From positions 315,952,001 to 316,016,000 of the forward strand of contig OZ024743.1 in assembly GCA_964016885.1 (NCBI GenBank): DNA of 64,000 bases. The letters are read 5' to 3'. The stretch's first letter is position 1. Each line of letters begins with the position of its first letter. A model generated the notes under the pieces. That model was not told the origin of the DNA. It worked only from the letters and a program-made list of their open reading frames with translations, and made no database searches. This DNA is from Eledone cirrhosa (Eukaryota). Positions 1-13,346 of the stretch are shown here, piece after piece. A program made the position numbers and the translations under genes.

Positions 1-210
1 ACCTCCTTTGGTATACTTATAGCTAGGATTACATTTTCTAAACTGTTCTTTTAATTATGACTACGATCTGATGTTATTGAGGGTAGAGTTGGTTCCTATT
101 TCTATCTGACTGAAGAACATTTAGGATACTATTTACAAAAAAGGCGAAAAGATCCTCCATATACGAATATTTTTGAAACGTAAAATTTTATAAATTAGAA
201 ACATATAATA

Positions 211-283
211 TGACCAGTATGGGGCTCGAAACCACGCACATTCGCGTTATTAGCACGACGCTCTAACCAACTGAGCTAGCCAA
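211..283 (-). pseudogene. Degenerate tRNA-Ile(AAT) copy
   Basis: Reverse complement matches the tRNA-Ile consensus; T-arm indel and disrupted acceptor 5' end. Confidence 0.8.
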
Positions 284-298
284 CTGAGCGAAACAGTC

Positions 299-373
299 TG
301 ACCCAATTTGGGCTTCGAACCCACAAATTTCACGTTATTAACATGATGATCTAACTCACTAGGCTAACCGGAC
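299..373 (-). pseudogene. Highly degenerate tRNA-Ile copy
   Basis: ttcgaacccac...cgttattaaca...gctaaccgg; many substitutions; tandem to the previous copy. Confidence 0.65.
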
Positions 374-2400
374 ATATGTTTCCGTCGCCATGAAACTGAC
401 CAGTTGCATCTATCAATACATCGTTCCAACTTTTGATAACGGGTTTCAGGTCTCCGTTAATTGTCTGCCGGTTTATTAACTGTAAATTGTAAATACGTCT
501 TCATCACCTCTTTTAATGGATGCACCAATACAAAACGTCATTAGCATGTCTCTCACTTGCCAGTCGTGTGACGTGTCCTATCCAACTAAGTCGACGCTTG
601 CACATCATTTTAGACACACGCTCACATTTTTTGTTATTTGGTCGGTTAATTCATCTTGTTCTACTCTAACCCTTCCTCTACTGCAACTTTGCACACTTTC
701 CAATTTAACGTAATAACACTTTAGTTACCCATGAGATTTGTTTTTTCACAATTTTCTGTCGTATATTTTTTCGTGATGTTTTGCCGGAATGTATTTGCTA
801 AGCTGTAGATTATAATTAAAGTTATTGTTTTGTGAAAGATTATTCGATTACTTTCGATTTAGTCCAGCAATACTGTAAACATCTGAAATCAATGTGGGGA
901 TGATAATGAGATATATCGTGCACCAGTGAAATTGTCAGCCAATTCACTGTCGTTATAACAGTAAATACTTACTGTTTAAAGGTCAGTCCACCTCGTGGTC
1001 TCTGCGAATAGAATGGTCAAAACATTGCCCCACAGGCTGGTGGGGAAATCTCGCTGCTACACCCGCACCTCGCTAGTAGTAGGCATAAATGTAAAATATA
1101 ATCCCAATAAAGAATCTTCTCCTTTTCGGGTGGCATATATACATATATATGTGTGTGCGTGTGTGTGTGTGTGTCTGCGCGCGTGTGTGTGTGTTTATGA
1201 GGACCTGGCAAATGTGAGAGTCGATTTGTTTAAGAAATGAAAATACATATAATTAATCAAGGAAGTAATTACTTCCTTAAGCAGTTTTCTAATTTATATT
1301 TGATTTGTCTCTATTGTATATTTTGTATCCTGTTTATTTAGTTAGGGAACATAAAACATTCATTATTGTATAGCTCCATTCGATAATGCTATTATTATTG
1401 ATAATGCTTTTATTATTGAATAATTTCCATTATTGCTAACAGTAGGCTAAACGTAAAGTAAGAAAAAATGTTATTTCGAATTCAAAACTTGCCCTCTAAC
1501 CCACGATATGTGTCCTGATAACATGACGATCAAACCAACTGAGGAGAAATGGTAAAAAATGGTAAAATTAAACTCTTAACAGAATAACATGGATTAAATA
1601 TAGACAAGAAAAATGTGTGAAAAGTATATGGAAGATAACTTTCTAATAGAAGACCACAAAGCAGGGAAGTTCTCGATGTATGTTTAGGTGGAGTGGATGT
1701 TCAACATAGGATTAGTGACCATGCTGGGTTGGGACCTTCCATGAGGACCTGTCATCTTTTTGGTACAGAGTAGGCATGCTATCTTTAAAATAGAACACCT
1801 TAGACAATGACTTGTGTTTAGTCTCGTCTTTTATTAAAACATCATCAGTGATCGCTACCATATGTTATTCAAGCTACCCCAGTTAAGAAACATCCTAAGA
1901 CAATCTATGTAACGTTAAATATCTCTCCCTACATTATCTCCTTTATTCACTTCACAAATCGTCTTCTCTTTCTATCTTTACTCTATATTGTGTCAACTCT
2001 GAATATCTCTCTATCTCTATTATTTTCTATATTATTTGATAATCAAAGATTAGGAGTGTTTCTGTTTGTTTAACTATCACCTCCTAGAGTCTGTTGTTTT
2101 AGTTGTCTGTGCTCAGTTAAGTGTCTCCTGTTGAATTTCTTTCTTCATAACTTTTTCAAACAACTAATGTTTAGTTGTAATGAACCTTTTCTAGAATATG
2201 GTTTGGAAGTTGCAGATTTATTGGTTCGTGAAAATCTATTCGATTACTTAGAAATGAAAAACAGAACATATTCATTAGTACCCAGTTCCATTCGATGATA
2301 GTTTTATTACTGAATATATTCAATTTGTGTAGGTTCAGTAGGCTAAACGTAAAGAGTTTGTTAATTCTAAAAAAAGGATGGAAAAAAAACTAACGTTACT

Positions 2401-2447
2401 TAGCCAGTATGGGGCTCGAACCCTCGACATTCGCGTTATTAGCACGA
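2401..2447 (-). pseudogene. tRNA-Ile(AAT) 3' fragment
   Basis: Acceptor 3', T arm and anticodon arm only; replaced from 2448 by the HHR-bearing insert. Confidence 0.8.
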
Positions 2448-2577
2448 GTAACAATTAAATATAGTTTTTAAAGAATTCCCCTTTCTTTAAATCTATCAAC
2501 CAATGACCTCCACCCATCCCAATTACAACCCTCTCCTACCACCAGAAAATAAATACCACCACATTACTTGGACAATC

Positions 2578-2628
2578 GGCTTCCTGATGATTTCTCCCGA
2601 ATGAAACAGTTCTAGTCCTGTAGAAGCC
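2578..2628 (+). ncRNA. Type I hammerhead ribozyme motif
   Basis: ggcttc-CTGATGA-t-ttc(tccc)gaa-t-GAA-acag(ttctagtc)ctgt-A-gaagcc: 6-bp stem I, 3-bp stem II, 4-bp stem III, GUA cleavage triplet; followed by (AT)n. Confidence 0.8.
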
Positions 2629-2641
2629 ATTTCTATATTAA

Positions 2642-2691
<50 letters not shown>

Positions 2692-3016
2692 GGTAAACAA
2701 AAATTACAACGCAATCGGTACAGTATATGGAAGGAATATATTAGGTTAACGCTTGATATAGCAGGAAGAGGGTCTGCATCAGAAGAAAGAATGAGAAATA
2801 AGTTAGATTGAAGGGAGGGGCGGGTTGGAATTGGAAAACATGTCTTTAGATAAAAATAACAGGTTCATTCATGTTGACAGCTCTTGCAAAAGTGTTGGTG
2901 CTGGTGTTTTGTGCATGATTTATTTTTTTAGAAAAGTGGATGATGGAGCGCGTCTACCTGAAATGGAAAAAAAACCGTTTTGGAAAAAGAGCTATACTTG
3001 TGCGCATGCGTAAGCA

Positions 3017-3023
<7 letters not shown>

Positions 3024-3108
<85 letters not shown>
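3024..3108. repeat. (GT)n microsatellite
   Basis: Pure TG dinucleotide run; source of the spurious VC/HT-repeat ORFs. Confidence 0.95.
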
Positions 3109-3113
<5 letters not shown>

Positions 3114-3535
3114 ATACGTCCGTACGAAGCTGAGAAGAAATGTCTGTGTATATGTAAGTAAAAGAGTGCGTGTGTGCTTGTAAGTACGAAGTAAGTATGA
3201 GCAAAAGTATGTTAATATAGGGTGTGTATGTGTGTATACAGAGTTGTGAAGGGGAAAGTGGAGTGTGCATATTTTGTTGGTCTGTATTAGTTGTAAGAGA
3301 AGATGTGTCTGACCATAAGAGTGCATAGGAATCTAGGGGTGAAGGTACAAGCGCGTGTGATAATGGACGGGGTATTAAAGAAATTGGAGAGGTGAGTTGA
3401 GTCCAAGAGGGGAATAGGAGCCAAGGCGGTGAATCAGATTCTATTCAGTCCTGGTGCGCGAGGCCTGTGATCCATGATGTAAAAGGACACCCAGGACTGA
3501 AACATGTAGGGAAGAATGACCTATATATATATATA

Positions 3536-4440
3536 GTCGATGCGGCACATGTCAATCCATACACGCCGGTCAATATATGAAAACAAAAACTAGAAAAATA
3601 TTCCCAAATGCAAATATGAACTGCAAAAGCAGAAATCTAATTTACTGCATTAAATGCCCGAATTGTGAAGAACTATATGTCGGTCAAACTGGAAATGCAC
3701 TATCGGAACGTGCACGGTACACCGTCAGCAAATCAGAGACCCCAAATGTCCGTCAGATACCCCTAAGTAACTATCTAGCAACATGTGGTCAGGGAATATT
3801 TATAATATTCCCATTCTACAAATTACACAGCCCAAGTGAAATCAAGAGAAAAATCAAAGAAAAGAATTTTATTGATAAATTCAAACCCAAGCTAAATGAA
3901 CAATAATAACGCTTAGGGGTATTACTTCTAATATGACTATGACTACGACCATGTCGACTACGACCACTAACAACAACAACAACAATAATAATAATAATAA
4001 AAGTGATGTTGATGGTGATGATTACTAGAAAATGCTATTTTCATCATTTCTAAAAATAGCAAAACAATTGACGCTTTGGATAGGATTAATTATTGGTCGT
4101 TAGACATGCTCAACCAGCCGTGACGCTTAAACCAATCAGCTTTAGTTATTCAGTGAAACTACACACCGATTGGTCGAAATACAGTTTGCAAGATTTAGCA
4201 TTCTGGAGCCACTTTTCACTGTATATAAGGTACAAAATTTACCCATCTCATTACATTTGAAAATTGCAAACTTGACTGTCACCAACCTGAAGATTGCGAA
4301 AGCATGAAAGTACTTGTTCAATTAACACTTAGAATTTAATATTCTACCATACTATTTCATTATAATACCATTATAAATTTTAAAGGATTGTAAATAAAAC
4401 GAGTAAATCAGACAAAGTTGGAATTCCTCTTATTAATATA
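3536..4440 (+). mobile_element. Penelope-like element 3' fragment (GIY-YIG endonuclease plus pseudo-LTR), Neptune-like
   Basis: ORF 3577-3906 NCKSRNLIYCIKCPNCEELYVGQTG...ER...E..FIDKFKPKLN; downstream CCAAT boxes (~4131, ~4169), TATATAA (~4222) and an HHR; flanked by (AT)n on both sides. Confidence 0.85.
4284..4318 (+). ncRNA. Minimal type I hammerhead motif in the PLE pseudo-LTR
   Basis: aac-CTGAAGA-t-tgc(gaaa)gca-t-GAAA-gtac-tt-gtt; palindromic GTAC in the stem III/loop 3 position, as in minimal PLE hammerheads. Confidence 0.65.
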
Positions 4441-4482
4441 ATCTTCTATACACAAACATACACACCCGTGTATATTTATCTA

Positions 4483-4555
<73 letters not shown>

Positions 4556-4654
4556 AATGAGTTGGAGACTTTGTTGATATGCAATCAACAGAATTATGTT
4601 CATAACAGATACGAAGCAGTCGACAGATAAAATTTATATGGAGTATTATGTTAA

Positions 4655-4745
4655 TAATTGTTTCTACTCTTGGCACAAGGCCAGCATTTAACCAGTACAT
4701 TACTAGTACTTTATTTTATCGACCCCGTAAGGATGAAAGGCAAAT
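4655..4745 (-). mobile_element. SINE 3' fragment
   Basis: gtactttattttatcgaccccgtaaggatgaaaggcaaa; same family as 21110-21310 and the array core. Confidence 0.6.
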
Positions 4746-5059
4746 AATAGTAATAAACGGAAGATATAGCAGCACTATAGCATCATTATTGATGCAAATA
4801 ATGAGGTTATAATGTTATATTTTATATCTTATTACTATTATAGTATATATATATATATTGGACACTATATATAGATTGGACATTACCGTAAACTTTTGGT
4901 AGATTTATCTATATATATATATATATTTATTTATTTATTAAAATAACAGATTAAAGTTTATTATTATTACTATTATTATTTTATATATATATATATATAT
5001 ATACAGAGAGCGAGAGAGAGGGGGGGAGAGAGAGAAAGAGAGAGAGAGAGAGACAGAGA

Positions 5060-5710
5060 GAGAGAGTAAAAGAGAAAGATGAGATTTTTTCCATATGTTG
5101 ACGTGTATGTGTGTGCGTGTGTGTATGTGCATATACATACATTTATATGTATAAGTATATAACTATAATCGCGACAACACAGACACACTCACGGACATAC
5201 ACATATACTCACACAAATACAGATACTTTCACATAAATATTTATGTTTTCTTTCTTTTGCCGGATATTTTGTAGTGTTGGGTGGACTAGTCTGGAACATA
5301 TCTTTAAAATAAGGGTGTAGCATGGAAAAAGCCGGGTTGAATAACCTAGGCTATAACATCACTGTAAGATAGTAGAAGGTACTCAGCCACTTGCTACGCA
5401 GGTCACAAAGAGGCCAGTGAAAGCCACTCTTGAGAAAAATCAAAATACTTTTACACGTTGTATAGGAGGTAGATCTGGCAAGACTTGGTTGAGAACAGTG
5501 GAGGAGGAAATAGCAGGGTTGGGGGTAGGTTCAGCATAGGACTAGTGACCATGCAGCGTTGGGACCATCCGTGAAGACCTGTCATTTTTTGCGGGGTACA
5601 GAATAGGCATGCTGTCTTTTAAAGAAGCACACCTTAGAAACTGACTTGTGGTTAGTTTCGTCTTTTATTAAAACATCATCAGTGATCGCTACTATGTGTT
5701 ATTCAAGCTA
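5060..5710. repeat. Segmental duplication unit (direct copy at ~7160-7800; inverted partial copy at ~21990-22410)
   Basis: Near-identical text, e.g. gtggactagtctggaacatatctttaaaataagggtg at 5281 and 7381. Confidence 0.85.
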
Positions 5711-5947
5711 CCCCAGTTAAGAAACATCCTAACACAATCTATATAACGTTAAATATATCTCCCTACATTATCTCTTTTATTCACTTCACATATCGTCTTC
5801 TCTTTCTATCTTTACTCTATATTGTGTCAACTCTGAATATCTCTCTATCTCTATTATCTTCTTTATTTATTTAACACTTTTTCTTTATCTATCTTTGATT
5901 TTGTTTTAATGTTTCAATAGTTTAATGTCATTGCATCATAACCAGCT

Positions 5948-6008
5948 GGCCGGTTAGAGCGTCGTGCTAATAACGCGAATGTCGTGGGTTCGAGCCCCAT
6001 ACTGGCCA
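5948..6008 (+). pseudogene. tRNA-Ile(AAT) with 13-nt D-arm deletion
   Basis: Matches the consensus except for loss of ctcagttggttag between two GGTTAG direct repeats. Confidence 0.9.
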
Positions 6009-6243
6009 AGTGTCGCTTCTTTTTTCTCTGCTTTTATTTCAAAATAACAATCTCTATGTTTGTGTGTCACCGAGATCTAGATAATTATCATCAGATAATC
6101 AAAGATTAGGAGTGTTTCTGTTGTTTTAGTTGTCTGTGATAAGTTAAGTGTCCTCTGTTGGATTTTTTCTTCATAACTTCTTTAATATGTTTAGTTGTAA
6201 TGAACCTTGTCTAGAATATGCTTTGGAAGTTGTAGATTACGAT

Positions 6244-6397
6244 TACCGTAAGACGCTTCAACCTCGAGGACGCACCCTAATTTTAGCAACCAAAAGTTTT
6301 AAAGTAATAAACAATCTTCGGCCTCCTGGACGCATGGTAGATTTTTTAGACTTATTTTAGGGAAAAAATAGCGTCTTCGACACCAAGAAATACGGTA
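6244..6397. mobile_element. Tc1/mariner-type MITE with TA target duplication
   Basis: Ends TACCGTA...TACGGTA; the empty site is visible in the inverted paralog at ~23255-23280. Confidence 0.75.
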
Positions 6398-6593
6398 CAT
6401 TGATGATAGTTGACTTTATTGATTAGTGAAAGTATATTCGATAACTTAGAAATCAAAAACAGAATATATCCATTAGTGCCCAATTCCTTACGATGATGTT
6501 CTTTATTACTGAATATATTCAATCTGTGTTTTCAGGGGGCTAAACGTAGAGAGTTTGTTAATTCTAAAAAAGGAAAGAAAAAATACGCGTATT

Positions 6594-6667
6594 TGGCCAG
6601 TATGGGGCTCGAACCCACGACATTCGCGTTATTAGCACGACGCTCTAACCAACTGAGATAACCGGCC
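6594..6667 (-). tRNA. tRNA-Ile-AAT: tRNA-Ile(AAT), D-stem G10>T variant
   Basis: 74-nt cloverleaf with one D-stem mismatch; T-run downstream on the minus strand. Confidence 0.75.
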
Positions 6668-7126
6668 AGATGTACCTGTAAACCTTGAAACTTATCTATA
6701 CAAGCCATCAACCATGTAAGTGGTTTGTAGAGTTGATTAAATTATAATTCTGTTTATGTACAATCTGTCAACTTGTCACATACCGTAATATATTAAAGGG
6801 AGGGGTGCGGGACTGTGTCTTATTTATATATTTTTATCCCGTTAGTAAAATACGTTGGATTACTTTGAATAAATAATGAATGAATATTATAGAATTTATG
6901 TACTAAATTTCGTAAAATTTGATTAAACATAAATCATATTATTGCTTATTTCAAGATTCAATTCTTTCAAAACTTTCAACTTTCAACACTCCCGGTATAT
7001 CCCCACCACCATCATCACCACTTCAACTACCATATATATAGTTCGAGAAAGAAAAAGAGAGATACAGATAGAGTTACTATCTGGCAGATATATATATATA
7101 GAGAGAGAGGGGGAAAGAGAGAGAGG

Positions 7127-7171
<45 letters not shown>

Positions 7172-8100
7172 AGAGAAAGATGAAGAGATTAGATTTTTTC
7201 CATATGTTGACGGGTATATTGCGTGTGTGTATGTGCATATACATACACTTATATCAAAGAGTATATAACTATAATCGCGACAACACAGACACATTCACGG
7301 ACATATACTCACACAAATACACATACTTTCACACAAATATTTATGTTTTCTTTCTTTTGCCGGATATTTTGTAGTGTTGGGTGGACTAGTCTGGAACATA
7401 TCTTTAAAATAAGGGTGTATCATGGAAAAAGCCGGGTTGAATAACCTAGGCTATAACATCACTGTAAGATAGTAGAAGGTACTCAGCCACTTGCTACGCA
7501 GGTCACAAAGAGGCCAGTGAAAGCCACTCTTGAGAAAAAACCCAAAGACGTTGGATGCAAGGTTGATCTGGCAAGATTTGGTTGAGGACAGTGGAGGAGG
7601 AAATAGCAGGGTTAGGAGTTGGTTAAATATAGGATTAGTGACCATGCTGGGTTGGGAACTTCCGTGAGGACCTGTCATTATTTTCATACAGAGTGGGCAT
7701 GCTGTCTTTAAAAGAAGGACACCTTAGAAACTGACTTGTGGTTAGTTTCATCTTTTATTAAAATATCATCAGTGATCGCTACCATCTGTTTTCAAGCTAA
7801 CCGTTCAGAAATATCATAAGACAATCTAAACTATAATAAAGTAAGAAGCACGGGACTGCGTACGGTTTATAATTTGTTATCCCCTTAGTAAAATAATTTG
7901 GATTACTTTGAATAAATAATGAATGAATTTTACATAATTTATCTACTAAATTTCGTGGCTGTTCATTAAATATATTTTATTACTTATGTAAAGATTCACT
8001 TCTTTAAAATGTTCAAATGTCAACACTTCCGGTTAGCGATCGCTTAAATAAATATTCATATATTTCTGTTACTAATTTTCTCCTAATGCAGTTTATATAT

Positions 8101-8575
8101 AACTAGCAGTGTATCCCGGCGTTGCACGAGTAAGAACATTGGTAATAGCACCTACAATGAGAAACGTTTACTTGTGAGTGCCTGTTAAAAACTCACGAAA
8201 ATATACCGACAGGAAACTTGTTTTATTTGGAGAAAATTAAGAAGTTAAAAGTACAGTTTAGCTGTCTACGTGCATTGTTCATAGAAATATTGTTGGGCCC
8301 CTTCTTTTCATACTCCTCTGTTTTTGCCTATTGGAGTAAATGTGAAAGAAAGTCACAGGTTAAGTTGGCAGAAGGTTCCAGTGTCATAGCAGTAAGGCGC
8401 AGGCTACTTACCTCAAACGTTCTTTCGCACTCTTTCCACTAAGTTACTCTTTCTCTCTATCCCTCTCGGTGCAGTCCCTTGCGAATTTCTCGCGTAGGCC
8501 TGGTGTAAATTTGCACCCGATCCATCTACCCGATGCACATGTCCGCTTTGTACGGCTTTTGGAGGATATCACCAT
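8101..8575 (+). mobile_element. Possible non-autonomous Helitron/Helentron-like insert
   Basis: Begins aactagcagtgtatcccggcgttgcacgag, a 5' pattern typical of such elements; interrupts the repeated tRNA flank. Confidence 0.35.
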
Positions 8576-8773
8576 ATCTCTCTATCTCTATTATCTTTTT
8601 CTATTATTATTTCTCTATTATTATTTCACACTTTTTCATTCTCTATCTGTTATTTTGTTTTAATGTGTCAATATATGTCTATCAATATATGTCTATCTCT
8701 ATTATCTATTTTATTAGTTTTCCCTACTCTCTTTATTGTGATAATTGTGTAATTTAAGGAGCAAGTATTACCT

Positions 8774-8847
8774 GGCCGGTTAGCTCAGTTGATTAGAGCG
8801 TCGTGCTAATAACGCGAATGTCGTGGGTTCGAGCCCCATACTAGCCA
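8774..8847 (+). tRNA. tRNA-Ile-AAT: tRNA-Ile(AAT), probably impaired
   Basis: 74 nt; D-loop GG>GA and an acceptor mismatch (ctagcca). Confidence 0.6.
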
Positions 8848-8954
8848 AATCCGAGTATTTGATTTTTTTTTAAAATATATATATTTAAATAACAATATTT
8901 TTCACATTACGTTTAGCCAATTAAAAACACAGGTCGAAATTATTCAATAATGGT

Positions 8955-9295
8955 TTCTGATTTAGGCAAAATGCCAACAATTTTATGGGTAAGAGGGGAA
9001 GTCGATTAAATCAATCCGAGTACGTTACTGGAACTTTATTCTATCGACCCTGTAAGGATAAAAGGCTAAGCTAATCTTGGTTGGATTTCAACACATAATA
9101 ATGGTTTTTAATTTAGACACAAGACAAACAATTTTGGGGAAGGGAGACGTCCATTAAATCGACCTCGGCGCGCTACTAGTACTTTATTTGATCGACCTCC
9201 TAAAAACAACGCTAACCTCTGTCGGATTTGAACACAGAGTGTAAAGGGATGTAACTCTATGCCACGAGGCATGGTGTCCGACGCTCTACCGATGA
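8955..9295 (-). mobile_element. SINE remnants (two partial copies)
   Basis: tcgaccctgtaaggataaaaggc and tactttatttgatcgacc...gacgctctaccgat match the SINE family on the minus strand. Confidence 0.55.
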
Positions 9296-9744
9296 AATTA
9301 TTCAATAATAAGTATTAGACTTCTTATTCATTTCTAAATAATCTTAATAAAGTTTTACATATATATATAATTAATTATCATCAATATTATCGTAATTTGC
9401 TTCATTAATATTTTTAAAAAATGAAAAGGAATGGAAAAGCAAATATTCTAGGGTCAGAGAAGAATGGGAGGGGGAAGAGCTCTGGGCCTAGGGCACGGCG
9501 GTGTTGCGGCTGTGCCTCGTGGACAAGACAGCAAAAGCATTACCGCAAAAGCATGGCCAGCAACACACGCTGCACCAACCACCCCACTTCGCGGGCTCTT
9601 TCCTCTGACGGGCTGCTGACGTTCCGATCTTACGGGGGAGTTTTCTGTCTTAACTCTCTTTTATTCATTTCACACTTTTTTCTTTCTATCTTTTATTTTG
9701 TTTTAATGTGTCAATAGTTTAATTTTATCGCTCTATATGCAACT

Positions 9745-9818
9745 GGCCGGTTAGCTCAGTTGGTTAGATAGTCTTGTTAATAAGGCGAATGTCATGAGCT
9801 CGAGTCCTGTACTGGCCA
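9745..9818 (+). pseudogene. Degenerate tRNA-Ile(AAT)
   Basis: Intact ends ggccggtt...actggcca; D, anticodon and T stems mutated. Confidence 0.8.
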
Positions 9819-10019
9819 AATGACGGTACTATTTCTGCTTTTATTTCAAAATATCAATCTCTTTTTGTTTACGTTTAGTCTTCTGTAAACAAAAATCGAA
9901 TGTCCACAGTAATAAACATATTAACGACCGGAACTCTACTGCAATGAAACTATTGTTTTCTTGTTTATTTCGAAGTAATCGTAATAAACTTTCACAATAA
10001 TTATCATTAATATATTTTC

Positions 10020-11450
10020 CTGGCTTCTCTCCAGACTTCTCAAACCTCTTCTTCACACTTGCTCCGAACACATAGACAGCTCACAAGAAGTAGTCAACAG
10101 ACCAAAACAACTTGACCCCACCACAGTTGGACAGAATAGGTACCCGTTTAGTTTAGAGGTAGTTTCCCTCTACGCACCTTCCCCCGCCTCCCCGGCCATC
10201 AAGTTAATTACGGACAACAACATCCCCTCTACTAATCTCAATTGAGTTGGGTTCACTGCTGCTGACATTTTACAGATTGAGGGCTCCGTATACAAACAAA
10301 TCTCAGGACTTCCGATGGAATCAAGTCTTTCAAGCCAGCTAGCCATCACATACCTTGACCAGTTGAAGTACACAACACTCAGTACCTGCCGCTCTTGCTC
10401 CTTCTTCTCCAGGTACGTGTATGATATCCTTATGCTCACATCATCACGTGAAGAAGCCATCAAGATCTACATCTTTGAAACCATTGACGCACACATATAA
10501 CTTGAGATTGAACATTCAGACACCACTGGATCCCTCTCTCTACTCAACTTTACACTAGGAGTCACAAAGGTGGACACTAGATTTTAAAGGAAGGATGTCT
10601 GTAGAGACATTTGTGTCTACCACGACTCCGCCATTCCTTACAGAGCCAAAAAGGCCTATTTACGGAATGAGATCTCCCGGATTCGCAACAGATGCAGCCA
10701 GGGTAGTGACAGTCATACCAGCACGGTGGAATTCCGCAGAGTTCTCACCGAAAACGGCTACCCTACTTCTCTCACCAAACACTGAAATGTCAAGGCAACA
10801 ACACATAAAAGAACAAGGATAAGATATGTTACCTAAAGCTGTCACATTTCAATTAGAAGATGACAGTTGCCATAAGACAAGCAATTCGTAAGAATATACG
10901 ACTGGCACACTCAGGACCCTCATTGAGGATCTGCTCCACAGACACCAACCGACATACAGTGATATATACACACTTCCCTATTGTCCCATCAACACAGAAG
11001 TGTGTATGAGAGCATTTGTAGTCTATAAGATCACATGCAAAAAATATAGCTCCTCATTCATCGGAAGTACCAAAAGGAGACTACACATACAGATCAAGGA
11101 ACACATGACAATGAGAATGTCTTCCGTTAAAAAACATCTTGACAGATGCTGCAACCAAGACATTGACGTCACCATAGAAGGACTGAAAGGGAAATTTAAG
11201 GATTAAGGACGCCATTTTCGTCAGCCGAATAAAACCAAAGATAAATAATGGATCAGAAATGCATGAGGCAGAAGATTTACGATGGTGACCTCGCGCTTGC
11301 GCATGCCATTTGCAAATACATAGACCAGTTAGGGAAACAAATTCTGAAAACTTGTTTGGTCTTGGACTGTTTCAACTTCGCATCTGAGAAGAGGGTAATA
11401 GCCCTGAAATATCATGCTAAGATACACTGGGTAAAACATTACTTTGTTTT
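10020..11450 (+). mobile_element. Degenerate Penelope/Poseidon-type PLE (RT plus GIY-YIG)
   Basis: YKQISGLPMESSLSSQLAITYL...FFSRYVYDIL (RT motifs B'/C) and VVYKITCKK...FIGSTKRRLHIQIKEH (GIY-YIG); multiple stops and frameshifts. Confidence 0.8.
11380..11417 (+). ncRNA. Degenerate hammerhead motif at the PLE 3' end
   Basis: gcat-ctgagaag-agggt(aata)gccct-GAAA-tat-c-atgc; stems I and II pair but the core deviates from CUGANGA. Confidence 0.5.
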
Positions 11451-11718
11451 ATTTTATTTCATTTGTCATCATTTGTCCTTCATATTTTTCTACCGTATTG
11501 TAGCGGCTTAAAAAAAAGGTTGTCTTTTATCAATAGAATCGTAATTTTCACCTTCCAAAACTACAAAGTTTCATTAAAAATGTACATTATTAATGAAGTT
11601 GTAAGGAAAGGGATTCGAGGATAGGGACCCTAAATTGTAGTTACGTTGAATTGGGAATTCGGGAGGGGTGTGTGAGAATTTGGTGAAAGAGGGGTTATAG
11701 TAGAAACTGTAAAATCAA

Positions 11719-11928
11719 CAGATCAAATGTCAAACTGAGGGTCCTCCGAGGGCCAAAAGGGTCACATATGTGTTGTCTGAGGGCCACACATGACAACTAA
11801 CTGCGCACATTACAACTAATATTTTTTTATTTTATATTACGCTCGCGCTGTAAAAACCTTTGTGCGGGCCGCAGGTGTACTTGTAAAGGGCCGCATGCAG
11901 CTCGCTCGCCTCATGTTTGTCATGCCTG
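11719..11928. mobile_element. hAT-type MITE remnant
   Basis: Internal gggcc(a/g)ca subterminal repeats and 3' TIR gtttgtcatgcctg followed by atgtagac. Confidence 0.45.
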
Positions 11929-11961
11929 ATGTAGACAATATTTTTAAAGTAGACAACAACA

Positions 11962-12005
11962 TGCTAATAACGCGAATGTCATGGGTTCAAGCCCCATACT
12001 GGCCA
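11962..12005 (+). pseudogene. tRNA-Ile(AAT) 3' fragment
   Basis: tgctaataacgcgaatgtcatgggttcaagccccatactggcca. Confidence 0.8.
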
Positions 12006-12448
12006 ATATTGAGTATTTTATTTTATTTTATTTGCAAAATAACGAACCACATACAAGTATTATGTATACTTGTAAATGTCTAAGAAGTTTGCCCCATAAT
12101 CGTGTGCGCGTGTGTGTGTATGTGTGTGTATAGTAACTTAGTGGTTAGACGAATAGAGATTGGTTAAGCAAGTACAGGGATGATACATTTCACTAAAACT
12201 TTTTGAAGCTAGTGTAACAACATTAAGGCACACTCTGTCTGTCCCCACACACAGAGCTATATGTAAATATGCCAGCCGAAACTAAGACACGCTTCCTATG
12301 GGGTGATATCGTACATCTCTGCTTACTCTGTAACTAAGGATGAATCGAGTACTTCCCTGATCTGTGGTTATCCATAAAAAGGTTTAAAAAATCGGGGGTT
12401 GGGGTAGGCAATAAATAGAAATTATATTGCAGTGGGAATGGAGGAGCT

Positions 12449-12515
12449 GATCCGTTAGCTCAGCTCGTTAGTGGCAATTATTCGAATGTGGTGGGCTTGA
12501 ATATCATACTGGCTA
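12449..12515 (+). pseudogene. Highly degenerate tRNA-Ile (mirror copy ~19913-19979, minus)
   Basis: cgttagctcagctcgttag...cgaatgtggtggg...catactggcta. Confidence 0.55.
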
Positions 12516-13078
12516 TATTCTTGTGTATTCTCTTTAAACGGTTTTCTAAACATTTTACTGTTTAAATAATACATTCATAATTACCATGATTAAATAATAC
12601 ATTCATAATTACCATGATTAAATAGAGTAAGATATTTTGAGACCTGCTCTCACAAAAAAACACACAATCTAGCTATAAAAAGAGACAGCGAAGATAAAAT
12701 AACGTGCTAGGGAAACTGATATAAAGATAGAAGGAACTAGTTTCATCTGTCATTAAAGATTCATCAGTGACCGCTTACCTCTGCCTTTCAAGCTGTCACA
12801 GTCTTTATAATTGTCAATCTATATACTACTAAAACTCTGTGATTTTGTGCTTGTCTGTAATGTAATACAGCCAAAACGGCGCATAATGGGAAAATACTTT
12901 GAAAGGAAGTTGCCTCTGAAATGGGAATACAAATGAAATAAAACAACTTTCGCGTAAATCGGGGCACAGGTTTCCGAGATACCGGGTTTATCCGGGTACC
13001 TTCATAAATAGAGAGACAGAAAAAAATAGTGGTTGTGTGAGGGTAGATTGAAAGAGAGACATAGAGAGAGAGAAGTAG

Positions 13079-13197
<119 letters not shown>

Positions 13198-13212
13198 CAC
13201 ATATACACGCGC

Positions 13213-13244
<32 letters not shown>

Positions 13245-13283
13245 ATATATATGTATGTATATACACACACACACATACGCATA

Positions 13284-13343
<60 letters not shown>

Positions 13344-13346
<3 letters not shown>

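Noticed and set aside
3440-3512. Hairpin ttcagtcctgg...ccaggactgaaacatgta resembling an HHR 3' half
   Set aside because: No CUGANGA core upstream, so a ribozyme cannot be supported.
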